Assembly: GCA_043228905.1 (NCBI GenBank)
Contig: JBHGNT010000013.1
Location: 15,810,001 to 15,874,000, forward strand
DNA: 64,000 bases
Reading direction: 5' to 3'
DNA from: Azolla caroliniana
Lineage: Eukaryota; Plantae; Polypodiophyta
Part shown: positions 26,001 through 39,000 of the stretch, piece by piece
Layout of the letters: every line of letters starts with the position of its first letter
Position numbering within the stretch: position 1 is the first letter of the stretch
Position numbers and translations under genes: made by a program
Notes under the pieces: generated by a model
Database searches by the model: none
What the model saw: only the letters and a program-made list of their open reading frames with translations
What the model was told of the DNA's origin: nothing

Positions 26001-26722
26001 TTCATGGAGAAGACACTATCCGGCAAGGTTCCGGAAATGTTGTTGTTAGAGAGATCGAGATAGAGCAGGGACGGGCACGAGAATATCCCCGCCGCGGCAT
26101 CCGTGTTTTCTCTTCCGAGGATAGAATCCGAGATGGCATTGTAAGAGAGGTCGATTTTCTGCAGATTAGGTAAATCGGAGCTACAATTGGCGAAGAGATT
26201 AAAGAGGAAGGAGCCAGAGAGGAGGTTATGGGAGAGGTTGAGGTAGCTAAGATTAATCTTATGAAAAGCAGCATTAACTGTAGAGTCTGAAGAAGTAGCA
26301 GTAGAAGAAGAAGAAGATGATGATGATGGGTCTGTGAAGTTGGTTGTGAATCGATTCGCTGAGAGGTCGAGGGAATGCAGGAAAGGTAGGGAAGGGATCC
26401 ACGGAAAGTCGAGCTGCAGAGGTCCAGAGAGGCCAGAGCCTGAGAGAGATAAGCTCTGCACTCGGCCATCGCCATTGCAGCTAACACCCGACCACAGGCA
26501 GACAGAGGAGGCATCGGAGCTGCTCCAGCCTTTCAAGACCTGCTGAGGATCATCGAGGATCTGCTCCTTGAAGCGAAGCAGGGCTTCTGCTTCAGTGGTG
26601 AGGGCGGTGGGGGGAGTAGCATCATCGAAGGAGGCGATGGAGACAGCAGAGGAGGGGGAGGAGGAGGAGGTACAGAGAGTGAGGGTGATTAGGAGGAGGA
26701 GGAGGGCAATTAAGAGGCCCAT
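23015..26722 (-). CDS. BRL2: Intronless BRI1-family LRR receptor kinase (LRR-X) with island domain, BRL2/VH1-like
   Basis: Signal peptide, LRRNT (CLWSGVSC), about 20 LRRs, island domain ([25 protein letters not shown]), 4 more LRRs, [12 protein letters not shown] cap and a TM helix. Kinase: [128 protein letters not shown], ETLG and RLISAL resemble BRL2 more than BRI1 or BRL1/3. Confidence 0.93.
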   Translation of the reverse strand: [1235 protein letters not shown]

Positions 26723-27002
26723 AAGCGGGGATTAGGAGGGGTCTAATTAGGCCGGGAGGGGAGGATTAGGCGAAAAGGAGGGGTGATTAGGGAGCATAAT
26801 TAGTGTGATTAATGTGGAATGAAGATTGCAGGAGGGGGGGGGGGAGGAATATGAGGATTGGAAGAAGAAGAAATTGGGCGAACAGAATATAATTATGCAC
26901 GTTTGCGTAGAATAATAGTAATAAATAAATAAATAAATAATAATAATTTTAAAAAGAAAGCCGGGGGGGCTTTTGATCCGTCCGTGTCCTGTCCACGCTT
27001 GT

Positions 27003-27180
27003 GCCACGTCATGTCCACGTCATTCTGCTTCTTCTTTTTCCCCTTTTTTTTTCTTTTTTTGTAAATAAAAAAAAAGAGAGAGAAGATGGTCAAACTTTGG
27101 ATTTGGAAAATACGATCCTGAAAGGAGGAAAAAGAAATACCAAAAAGGGAAAGGCCTGACTAATGGGAATCGGACACGTG
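27003..27180 (-). promoter_or_regulatory. ACGT-box cluster upstream of the BRL2-like gene
   Basis: Two CCACGTCA (TGACGTGG) motifs at 27004-27011 and 27015-27022, and a CACGTG G-box at 27175-27180, 280-460 bp upstream of the ATG. Confidence 0.4.
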
Positions 27181-30100
27181 TACTCTCCCTCGACCTTCGC
27201 GTACATCCGTCGTCCGACTAATGGTACTGCTATTGTTGGGCCCTCGCTAAATTTATCTATTTCTCATTTCATTCATTTATTTATTCAGTTTTTTGTGTGT
27301 GTTATTTATTTATTTACATAGTGACAAAACGTGGGTACCCATGACTTCCCCAATGTGGGTACCAAAGTGTTCTTCTTCTTCTTCCTCCTCAAAGTACTCT
27401 CATGGTTGTGACGATGCATTTCATTCCATTTCACTCTTTGATCACACGAACCCTGACACCCGTCTTGTTGCCCAACCAATCTCGAATTGTTGCCGATGAC
27501 TAACGTGGCTTACGAATTCCCCTTATCACCTGTTCTCGTGATACTCCCCTTCAATTCCCCATTGGTTATATAATGTCACTACTAACACATTGACACACAC
27601 ACATGTGCCTTCAAGTTGAGCACCAAGTGTTTATTACAAAAAGTAGAGTATGGAGTTGGTGCACTTTTATTCCAAGCTTGAGGTGTTGCTTTTTTTTTAT
27701 GACCGTGTTTCTAAGTAAGAAAATTGAGTCCTGCACAATGGGATCAAACTAACAACTAACTTTATGGTGTGCCTAAGTTTTCTTCATGATTGATGTTTTT
27801 GTTGCCAGTGCATCCATAGCCATTCTAGCATATGACTCATATTTCAAGCCTTACTTTTAGACAACACTATATAGACATATGGAGCTAGGACTACAAGACA
27901 ATGCCATTGATAGTTGTTTTGTTTTGTAGCTCTTCGAATACAAGACTTGAGCTCACTAGGCATGTACCTAGGAAATTAATGATTAAAACCCACCTCGTAC
28001 CTCTATTTTGGATGTTTGATTCCAACTAAAGAAGTATATAAACACTACAATATATGCATGTCATTGAGTGTGATTATTGTAAAGGATAACTCACAACTTT
28101 CAACTTGTTTGGTATTATAATGTTCTCTTATTGTTCAAGCCTTTGTAGCCTTTTTCTGTCCAACATAATGATGATCCTTTTGTAACAATAGTAGCTAGCT
28201 TATCCCAATAAGAAATATTGTAAATAAGCTCATTTAGACCTTATGTAGTCAATTCACGAATAAAGTGCATAAGAGAACTTGCTATGAGTTATAAAATGAC
28301 CAACCAAATTTTTCAAAGATTCGGAACTCATTGACATGTATATTTTCACTATTGACCATAAAAAGGTAAACATTCTCCACCTGAACAAAAAATAAGATAC
28401 GGCAATGACCAACATGCATTCCCTTTCTACCTCTGTCTATGCCAACAAAGTTGGGTAGCCCTTATAATGACTAGTATCTAGTGGATTCTTTTGGATGTTG
28501 TCACCACCATATATTTATAAATTATGATTGTTAAATTATGAGAACAATCTGGCAAATCTTTGGAACATTGTCTCTAATCTCCTTAATTGATTCCGTTGAA
28601 AGGAAGTTGGCCTCTAATTGATTCATTGTAAGAGCGAATTATTTCATTCAAATCTATTTTTAAAATCTGGCAATCAATCTTTCACATATTCAAGAGCATT
28701 GTACACATTAAACTTGCTGGATGCAAATCAATATTGATATCTCTCTTTCTTGTCAATGGACTCTGGGGAACAAGTCAAATGACAAAGGTCTAGACAAAAC
28801 AAAAGGAAGAGACTAAATCCTTTGTTGAACTAATGTGTCCTAAGCTATATGAAATTTAGAAAGACGTCCTAGATATTTCCATAAATGCGTGAGTATATTC
28901 AAGATTATTGCATTGAAATACAACCACATTTGTGTTTCCAAACTAAGATGCACAATTGGTAAATCTCTAATCCATTCATCTTATTTAGAAGCAGTAAGTA
29001 TTGTCAAACACCTTTGTATGGAATAGTAATGAAGGTGTGCAATTAAGAATTAAATGTAGAAAGGACTTCGGGCAATCAATGATGTCAAGATCTTTTGGAT
29101 CATCTGAATGCTTTACTTTAAGTATAGGCTAAATTTGAAAGTTAAACAATACATTCTTGTCTTGAGCGATAGAACTTGGTCACCCTCCTAAAACACTAGG
29201 ATAATTCATATTTGCACGCATTCTATAACTCCGTGGTTGTTTTGTAATTCTTGTATATTTGTGTTGTGCTCCATGAGTAGCATTTATATTATCATGTCTT
29301 TCACCACTAATCTCAAAACACGTACTTCAATGCCACTATACTATCAATCCATGATAATACAAAATAGGATGAAATTGTTCAAGTTCTACAAAATGTTGTA
29401 GTCTTGCCTAGGAAATGTAACAAGACATTTTCCTAGATAATATCTCCCTACGTGAGAGATGAGATATACTTAATTATAAGTATGTCTAACTCGAATGTAT
29501 GTAGAGTTTGTAGATGGACCAAGACAAGTTGTCGAGCGTGCATGAAGACAATCAACAGTATCTGAATTTAAAACACAAAGTCTTGTGAAAACCAATGAAT
29601 ATTATATTTTGAATCATTTTTCAAGGATATATTTTATGCCATCTTATACAAATACTTGACACTAAGTTTTGGATCACAACAATTTTAAATATCCACAGCC
29701 CATCACTTAGCATTATATTCAACATATTCTCCATAACTTTTAGTGTTTTGAGAAAATTCTCTATAGGCCTAGAAATGTGATTTTTCTTTTTTCATGATGC
29801 ACAAGTTGGAACAAAGAGATTGAACCACAAATTCAAATTTTTACTAGTTTGGTCTCCACGAGGCTTTGTAATCCCACAAAATTACTAAGATTCAACAATT
29901 TATCATGTAATATAAACATAATGGGAAGGGCACAAATCATACACCAGAACAAAGGTTGCACATTCATGAGGTCATTTACAAGTTGCTTCCTGTGAGAAGC
30001 AAAATGGCCAAATATAACATGCACATATAAGAGAATGCTATCATTCATCACAAGTTGATATTGAATAAGAATGAAGCTTATGATATTTCGATATGGAAGA

Positions 30101-32625
30101 CAATAACAAAAACATGTCCTTCCTATAAACTGTCAATTGTTGTGTCCCTATGATTAAGTTTAACATATGTACATTTCATATTGAGCTCAATGGTACAAAC
30201 CAGTGTAGTTCTAGGATTGATCTATTACTTATGTGTACTTGATTCACTAATTAAATACTACATTGTTTTTTCGCCTTATGTTCTCCATATGGTTTGTGTC
30301 AAGTACAAATTACAAAAGAATGTAGACCTAGCCTCTATATTCACATTTATAGAAACTGTGTACTTCAGATTATTGCCCGAACAACGCTAGGTGAAGAATC
30401 AAGATCTTTGCATTAGATAAGACATTCACTCATTGCTATCATTCTCCATACATTAAATTTTTATTCCAAATCTTTCTACATTGTTGTACATTATTTTTCT
30501 CTTTCTCTCCTATCATGAAATCATAGCTAGATTCACTTTTGGTGCCTTCAAATATGAACACGAAGTGTCATAGTGTGTCCAACAGCTTCTATCACATTGC
30601 TTCTTTTTCTTGAAGACAACAACACAGTACAAATGTGAAATAATATACACATTTGAGTAGGTTATGAGTCATGACATACCATTCACGAATAAAAAATGGA
30701 AAAAGTGTTGCACCATTACCGATTCATTAATGTGCATAAAAAATACATATGTGTTAGGAAAGTAGTAAAGACTAGGGATAGAGAGGGTGTGTGTGTGCAT
30801 GGTCATGACTCATGATAAAGAGGGGCATATAATTCAATACAATGTGGATAGATTATAAAGACGTATAAGCATGTTCCACATTAGACAAATGATGACGATG
30901 ATGATTTTGTAATGCCTTGAGGTGGCCTAAACCATGGCCAAAGAGAGATGATATCATATTGGCATCAAGTAAACAAGTAACTGGTGAGATTGAGCTCAAA
31001 AGTACGTGGGATACATCTAGGGAACAATTTCTAAGCACAAAGATGGGGACATACCCATTATTTGTACTTTTGCTAGAGAAATAGACAAGTTATCACCATT
31101 CATGATTGTTACATGTGCAAAGGAATGGTTGTAGAGCCTACTAGATAGAGGTTTTTTTACATAATTTCTAATGGGCAATGTTTATATTGCATCATGCTCG
31201 GCTCCAATTTCCCTTGATCATAGATATAACCAATTACCATATTATAGTTTCTTCCTATATCAACAATATTATATAATGTTAAATCTTGTGCCTCATAACC
31301 GTCGTCTATGGTTTTAATCCCCTTTGGTTGTGTAAGGGGTATGTATATGCCTATATTATCACATGCGTTGTTCAAGTCATCAAAGGGAAATTTCCTACCA
31401 TGGTGACTCTATCCTCATCTCTTTAGAATGATCCCGCAAATTGTGCTCAACTCAAAAAAGTGGATCAAATTAAACTTGTCTATTCATGTGATTTCTTATC
31501 ATCTAAGGAGTGAACCATCAAGCAAATGGTTTGAAGGCATCCATTATGATCAAAAGCTCCTTGTGGCATGGACTTTAGTGTCCTAAATGAGAAGTCACAT
31601 GTATAGTCAATTATCTTCGACAAAATTCAAATGGAACAAGTGCAACTCATATACATGTCTAAAATAAACTAGATGGCATTAATAGCAAGAGGGGAGGTGC
31701 TTGGCATAGTGATAAGTGTATAAAAGAGTACCCTTGTTCCCGTTGAATCGGACTTCCTATTTGATGCAATGGTCAAGATTAAATTTAATTGGATTGAGGT
31801 TTATCCATATTTGATGGCTGCTAATTAATTAATTAGTCTTTTTAAGTGTCATTTTCTTAATGGTGAACATGAGCTTGCAAATGAGAAGAGAATATTTATA
31901 TTCAGTAAAACTACATAATATGCTTGTGCGTATTAGATATTGAAAGAAAAAAGAATGTTGTAAAATCTCTTGTGATATGCTTGGATCAAATTGGGGGGTT
32001 GTAATCAAAACAAAGTCAAGATTCGAAACATAAATAAGGAATATCATAAACTTCTAGTTAAGGGCCAAATTAATCAAAGTCATTCCAAGTTGTAACAATT
32101 AGTACAAGCCAACTTCCAAATTAGATGCTTCCCAAGGCCGGTTTTCACGATGAGTACAAAGTCATTTCCCAATTAGTGTGCTCTCACTTTGTAGTTATGA
32201 TTCTTGCAATGCCATCAGTGGATCACGTGTGACACGACTACAACTTGCCAGCTTGCACTCATTACCTACCTTGAGATGTCCCCCAAACAAATGAATATTA
32301 CACATTCTCCTAGTTGGGGATCCTTCCCAAAACATTGGCACATAAAAATAAGAAGGAAATGATCGAGGAAATTGTTTAATGAAAAAATTAGAGAGCCAAT
32401 TCCCACCCTCCCATCACATGGACTAGAAGAAGCTTTCAATGTAACTTATTATTTCAACTATATCTTTAACATAAACATATTTACTAACAACTTTCCTAAG
32501 TTTCCCTTATAAGTTGAATTGTTATAAAAGTGAAGAAGGTATCATTATTATACCACATGAAATCATATTGATGTTATCAATCCATGATTTAACCTCAAGC
32601 TTCCCAACTATTAATATGCTAGCAA

Positions 32626-32794
32626 ATGGTATATTTTATAGACGGTATTTTGGTAAGGTGGAGTGGTTCTACTCAACACCAAAGTGTTTATTCAAGCCAA
32701 TGGTTAGACTTTAGAAAAATATAGGGGATCGGTATAGCTTGTATGTTTAGCCTTATGGCGGTTTTCTAATACTAATGTAGTATCTTTTTTTGGA

Positions 32795-32820
<26 letters not shown>
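32626..32820 (+). mobile_element. Short non-LTR retroposed insertion (5'-truncated LINE or SINE) with poly(A) tail
   Basis: Ends in an ~27-nt A run (32794-32820). Flanked by a perfect 15-bp direct repeat TTAATATGCTAGCAA (32611-32625 and 32821-32835). Confidence 0.85.
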
Positions 32821-32826
<6 letters not shown>

Positions 32827-33540
32827 TGCTAGCAATATTTGAGTAATGGAGAAACCTTTTCCTATGAGATTCTTGAAATTAAGGGTGTTAATGATGGGAC
32901 TTAGGAAGTCTCCACTTAATCAATATCTAAAACGTTGCGCTTGACGAAATACTTATATCGAGTTTCTATATTCTCCTCAAACAATTTCAATTGTTTTCAC
33001 TATTCCTTCCTAACCACATTAGGATGAGAGCTCTTATACATCAAAAGCCAACATTAGCAACAAAGGAAATGGGGAGGAAGAGTGTAAAAATCAGCAACCA
33101 AAAAGAGGAAAAAACTATTATATTGCTTTCCATCTATTCAAAATGAGTTGAGACGCCCCAAAAATGATTAAAATGTGCTCACACATTCCCACACATAAAA
33201 AACAGGAACCGGAAATCCCCGAAGAGATTAACATGTAAATCTTTGTATTCACTTAGATTTGCTCACATTTTCCCATATTTGTAAGGTGTTACACTAGTAA
33301 TCCTAAAAAGAGTTCACTACTAAACCATACCCACTTTCCCAAAATTGTGATTATATTGCTAGATTTTCTTTTATAGTTGTTGTAGTCTTCAAACAACCAT
33401 GATTTCGTTCCTATCCACTTTGAATAAATTTAATGTCGCACTATTTCCTCTAGCCTTTATAGAGCTCAACGTCTAACCAATTTCACTAAATGACATAGGG
33501 AATCTTAGGATTTGAGCATGATGTATAGTTTTGTGTATGC

Positions 33541-33576
<36 letters not shown>

Positions 33577-36500
33577 ATTATCAATTTTAGATGCCAAATT
33601 TGAGCTACGAGACCAAAAATATAACATTTTCATGTAATACAAGTGAAAATGAGTGGCAACTCTCGATGTTCAAGAACTTTACTAATAAATGTGACAATCG
33701 AGAGCGCTCACTATGACTGTGAAAGAAATTTGTTCAAGGATTGATTTGGTCAAAGATGTGTGGAAAACATAGTCAAATGTGATAAACAAAAAATATTGTA
33801 TCAAATGTGATACTTAAACTCCTGAACTTATTTAGGGCAAAAATGTGCAGAGTCGACTAGTCTCATGGTTTTCATCCTATGTGCTCCAACATCTTGGCTC
33901 AACGTTGAAGTGAATGTGAATTAAGTCATATGGAACCAATGGATTAGATTGCAAATGATGAGATGGGCTCTAACATGTATCAATGTGTACAATTTCCTCA
34001 TTCGGTTTGTAGTTAGGAGCAACATATGCAATATAATATATGAAGCATGAGCCTTCACATTTTAACCATCTCATTTCACAAAAGAATCTATTGATGTATC
34101 ATGAAGCAAGTGTGTTGGAAATTTCCAAAACCATAGTTCCATGTATTGCATCCCAAAGTTAGTTTTGTACATATGACATCAATGATAAATACAATTGCAA
34201 TTTTGCCTTTTTGTGTCTTTTTTCTTACTTCCCATGCGATTCTAAAAAGTCGATGTAAGGAACTTTTTTGAACCACAAGCATGGATACCACAACCCTTTC
34301 CATGGCCATGAGCTTAATATGTGCGTGTTGTGTGTGTAGAGAGAGAGAGATTTTGTTAATTGATAGGTATATCATAACCTAAATGATAGGCATGCATGGA
34401 TGGTAGAATGCGTTAATATAGATTAGGGAATAACAATATCAAATTGGCAGCGGCAAATTTATATTCCTTTCAAAGTCAAGGTATTTATTTGGATGATCAC
34501 AATTAGTGAATTATGTGTACGAGTTGTTTTGCCAAGATGAAGCATTGAAGTATTACTTAATGGAATGTGTTTATTTTGCCTAGATTCAAAGGAACATAGT
34601 CGACATCGATTTAGTAGTTGTCCAATGGCGAGGGCTATTTGGAATTTATATATACAAATCGAGTTTCTATAAGTGGACTGTCAAAATCTTTGTTTCAATC
34701 AATATTTGGTTGTGTATAGTTGAGAATGCCTTCTCCACATTTTGAGACAGTCTTTCAATATTTAAGGTATTAGGGATTATGACATAATTGGTGGATGCAG
34801 AAGGCCTTAGTTTTTATGTTAGCTATGGGTTTGAAATATACATTGGACAATTAAAAGGCATTGATTGGTATGGCAATTTTCCTTACTGGAAACTTCTAGG
34901 AGGTTGGCAAAGGAGGAATTAGGGATTTGTAGGCTAGCAAGGCATCATGTCCTTCATTTGCATTGGCTTTTATCTCATGGTACTTGATAGCCCCACAACG
35001 ACGAATGCATTTAGATAGAGATGAGGGATGTCATGAGAACCTCATTGATTTTGTTGAGAGCTTATATCATAGTTCATATATTATTGTAATTTGACTTTTG
35101 TAATTAACACATTACTAGTTACAGAAAAAAAGGATTGATTTTATTATATTCCTTGAAGGTCAACTATGACTTATGGGATCAAATGTGAAACATTTTCACA
35201 TAATGTGTGGAATTGATGTTCGAGAATATGACTATGAGCATTGCAATCAAGAGTGCACATTTTGACTTTGAGAGGAATGTGTGTAGGGAGTGAACCATAT
35301 TGACAGTGTCTGGACATCAAACTTGAGTGTGGTCAAAGATAAAGCATCGTATCAAGTGTAGAAGACTCTCAGACTTCTTCAAGGCAAAATTTGCATAATC
35401 AATAAGTCATCTCTCTTTTATCCCAATGCCCTCTTTCACATTGAAGAGAATTTGAGTTAAGTCATATGGAAGCAAAGGCATGGATGCCAAACAAAGGGGT
35501 TATCAGTGAGTGCACTTTGAAGAACTACTAGAATGAAAATAGGAAACATCAGTTTGTACATGTTTTTTTTTGTTGATCAGCATGCCTGTATTCTGAAAGA
35601 TGTGTCGTACTAGAGGTGCCAATCAAGCTAGTGCAAGAGAAGAAGTTAATTTTGTAGTTTGGCACAACATATATAATATTCTATGTAAATTTTGAGTCTT
35701 CATATGTTCCCTGGTTGTGATACATTGGCATTACGAAAAAACCATTATTCACAAAAATATATAATGACACATCATGAAATAAATGTAATGCATCATATTT
35801 TCCAAACCATTTCTTCATACCTTACATCCATATAGAACCCAAATTTTCTTTTTATGTGTCATTTGAATCCATTTAATTGTTTCCCATGCAATTCTAATTA
35901 TTTTTTTATGCAAGGATTTTTTTAAACCTTAAGGAATTTCTCAACAACCCTTTCCAAGGCCATGATTTGAATGGGAGGTGCTTCAGTCTCAAGAACTAGG
36001 AGCACATACGACATTTGTCAATCAACTCAAGCTCATTTGGGCATTTCCAAACTATTTCCAAGTGGCTTAGGTATGTGACTACCCCATATTTCCACCCATT
36101 GAGAAGCATGGATGCTATACTCACCCAAGCACCTTCTCTCACAACAAGCACTTGAACTATTATAAAAAAATCATGGTTGTCAATGTGTTAAGCCAGGAAA
36201 AGTGTCAAAGAGTTCATTCTTGAGAACCCAACACTTAATTTCCTTGCCATTTTGTGTATGTTCTCAAATGCATAATAAGCTCGCTTTTCTTACTTCTTAG
36301 AGGTGGGCAACACATTCCTTACATCTATGATAGGTGGAACCTCAAGCCGAAGACGTTGGAAGCTTTCTATGTTTTTCTTTGCTAATTATTATATACAATT
36401 CATTGTTTATCCTTATTTTTAGTCTCCACAAGCAAAACGTACTATGCATGCAAAAGTTTTCCAAGTATTTGTAAAAAACACCACATCGTAATGGTAACTT

Positions 36501-36649
36501 CTTCAATGGATTGTTGCTTAACAAAGTCGTCTACCATTTGTTTCAATTCATTAATACATAAACCAAAATATAGTTGGTGAGACTGGGCACTCATGCTTAA
36601 TACCATTAGTGCTAGTAAAAAAATAAGAAACTCCATTCCAGTACTCAAA

Positions 36650-36684
<35 letters not shown>

Positions 36685-39000
36685 ATATATATATATATAT
36701 ATAAACATCTACAAAAAGCATATGTGGCAAGTAACAAATGGAGATCCTAGCTCATCCCACTAATTCACAAGAGAATGTATCCAACTAAAAAAACAATCAC
36801 CTTCAAAAGTTCACCAAGATGTTCTAGTTGATGAGATCATGCGACTTGAACCAATATTTCACCTAGGCCTACCAATTTTGTGTCCCTTGTGAAAGCCTTA
36901 ATGATGACCAAATAATGTATGTATGAAGGATGATTCCATTGAAAAGGAGTCCCTAAAGAATGCACCCATCTCATCTTTGATGACCTCATGGATAAGTGAG
37001 CCATTTAGTTGAAGCATTGAATGGATGTGGTATCAACGCAGAGTACTCATACCTATCATAATTGCGACCAAATCTATGATGGTGGCCAAGCCTGGTTCAA
37101 AACAGACTCCTTATAAAGCTAAAAATGTATCATATTTCATGACACATTTCTCTTGAAACATCATAAAGTTGCTTATGCTTTCATCAATCTAGTATTCACT
37201 CTAAGGATTTAGGGTTTATGTCATGTGAAAAGTACAAGTATAGGAATCCACATAATACACCTTATCCTAACATTGCCTATTTTACTCTTTGCATGTTGTA
37301 CAAACAATCGAGTTGATCCAATCCATTATTATAGTTGAAGGTTAACTCAACTAATTTTTAACATGATAGATAGGTGATGATTTCCCACACCATTTGGATG
37401 TAGAATAGTGAATAACATAAGATTACTTTATGCCAAGGCTCACACATTATTATCTTAACAATCAAAACTAAAAGCCCAAAAACAATGTTTGGCAAGCACA
37501 AAATGCCCCATAGCCCCACCAATAGAAAGCATCACCATTATGTTTTGTGTATGATGAAACAAAGTCACAAGAGGGCAATGTTGATATAAAGCTAACATAT
37601 TATTTTAACAAGCAAAACAAAAAGCCCAAATAGAATGTTTGGCAAGTACAAAATGCTTCATAGCTACTAAACCACCCATAGAAAGCATCACTACTCTATT
37701 TTGTGTATGACAAAACGAAGAGGCAAGAGTGCAACGTTGATATAAAGTTGACATAAGATACCAACATAGAATACAAAGCACAACGCAAGCTTTGCATGTA
37801 AGAACAAGCACCATTCAAGGCATCTATAGTTCTGAAGGATATTTTCCATTGATGGAATGGGATAGTGGACAATTTTTACTTGTATGATATAACCTTGAGA
37901 AAGTAATAGCGGGGAAATTTGTGGTCCTTCAGATTTCAACAAAGGAACGGCGGGGAAATTAAGAATAACACATGAACTTTATAACACTAGAGGGAGAAAG
38001 CTTAATAGTAGGAAAGACTACCTAAAATTAAAGTAGCACGCAATACTTTATTAAGTACAGCTTTAGAAGCAATAAATTTCCCAACAATGCAAATAGAAGA
38101 TAACATAATGCTAACTTAATGAAGTAGATGTATAGCACTGAAATGATGGCACATCTTGATTTTCCATTTATAAGCACAATGGCTAGCATGTGGATAGTTA
38201 AACCATATCAAATGCTCCTGATGGCAACTTTTGGGTTGACAAGCTTGATGCAAACGTGTACTAATTTCAAGTCATTTGAGGCTGATTGAACACTAAAAAA
38301 TGAACATACTGAACTGAACAACAAACTTTCTTCTCAAAAAGGGAGTCAGAACTCTCAAGCCATTTGACATTGATTAATGCATATAGATAGCTTGACCCGT
38401 AATGTAAAGAAACCTAGACAGCCTACCTTTTGACATAAAGAAATACAGAAGCTAGTAGTAACTCTCCTATTCCCTAGCAAAAGCAACCTGAAATTCAATA
38501 TCCTACAATGGGCATATAGCCGGGTTTTCAAAGCTGTAGCATGATGTGCCATCAAGCACTTTGTTCAAGTTCTAGCATAACGTAGCATGCCTAGAAATAG
38601 AGCAAGACAATAAAGAAGGTTTTAACTTCGAGAATGTACTCCAATAAACCACCCCCACTATGCAGTTTGAGCGTTAACCATTCATGTGACAAAGACCACG
38701 CTCCATGCAGACACAAAAATTAAATAAAACATAATAAATTGACTATGCACACTAGATAAAAATTTACTTGAAGTATTGCTTTAATCATAATGGCACTACC
38801 ACATTTGGCGTATAAAATGTTTTTGCAACATAAATTGATTTTATTTTAGTGGTATTAAATAATCATAAATATGGACCTAATTCTATAAACAAGGAGCAGA
38901 GTTACTGAAACCAATATTCTTTAATAACATGAGCTATGAATGAAGTCAGTGTGTGCCAGAAGTCAGCCCAATTTGATGAAATAATGCATAAATAATCATC

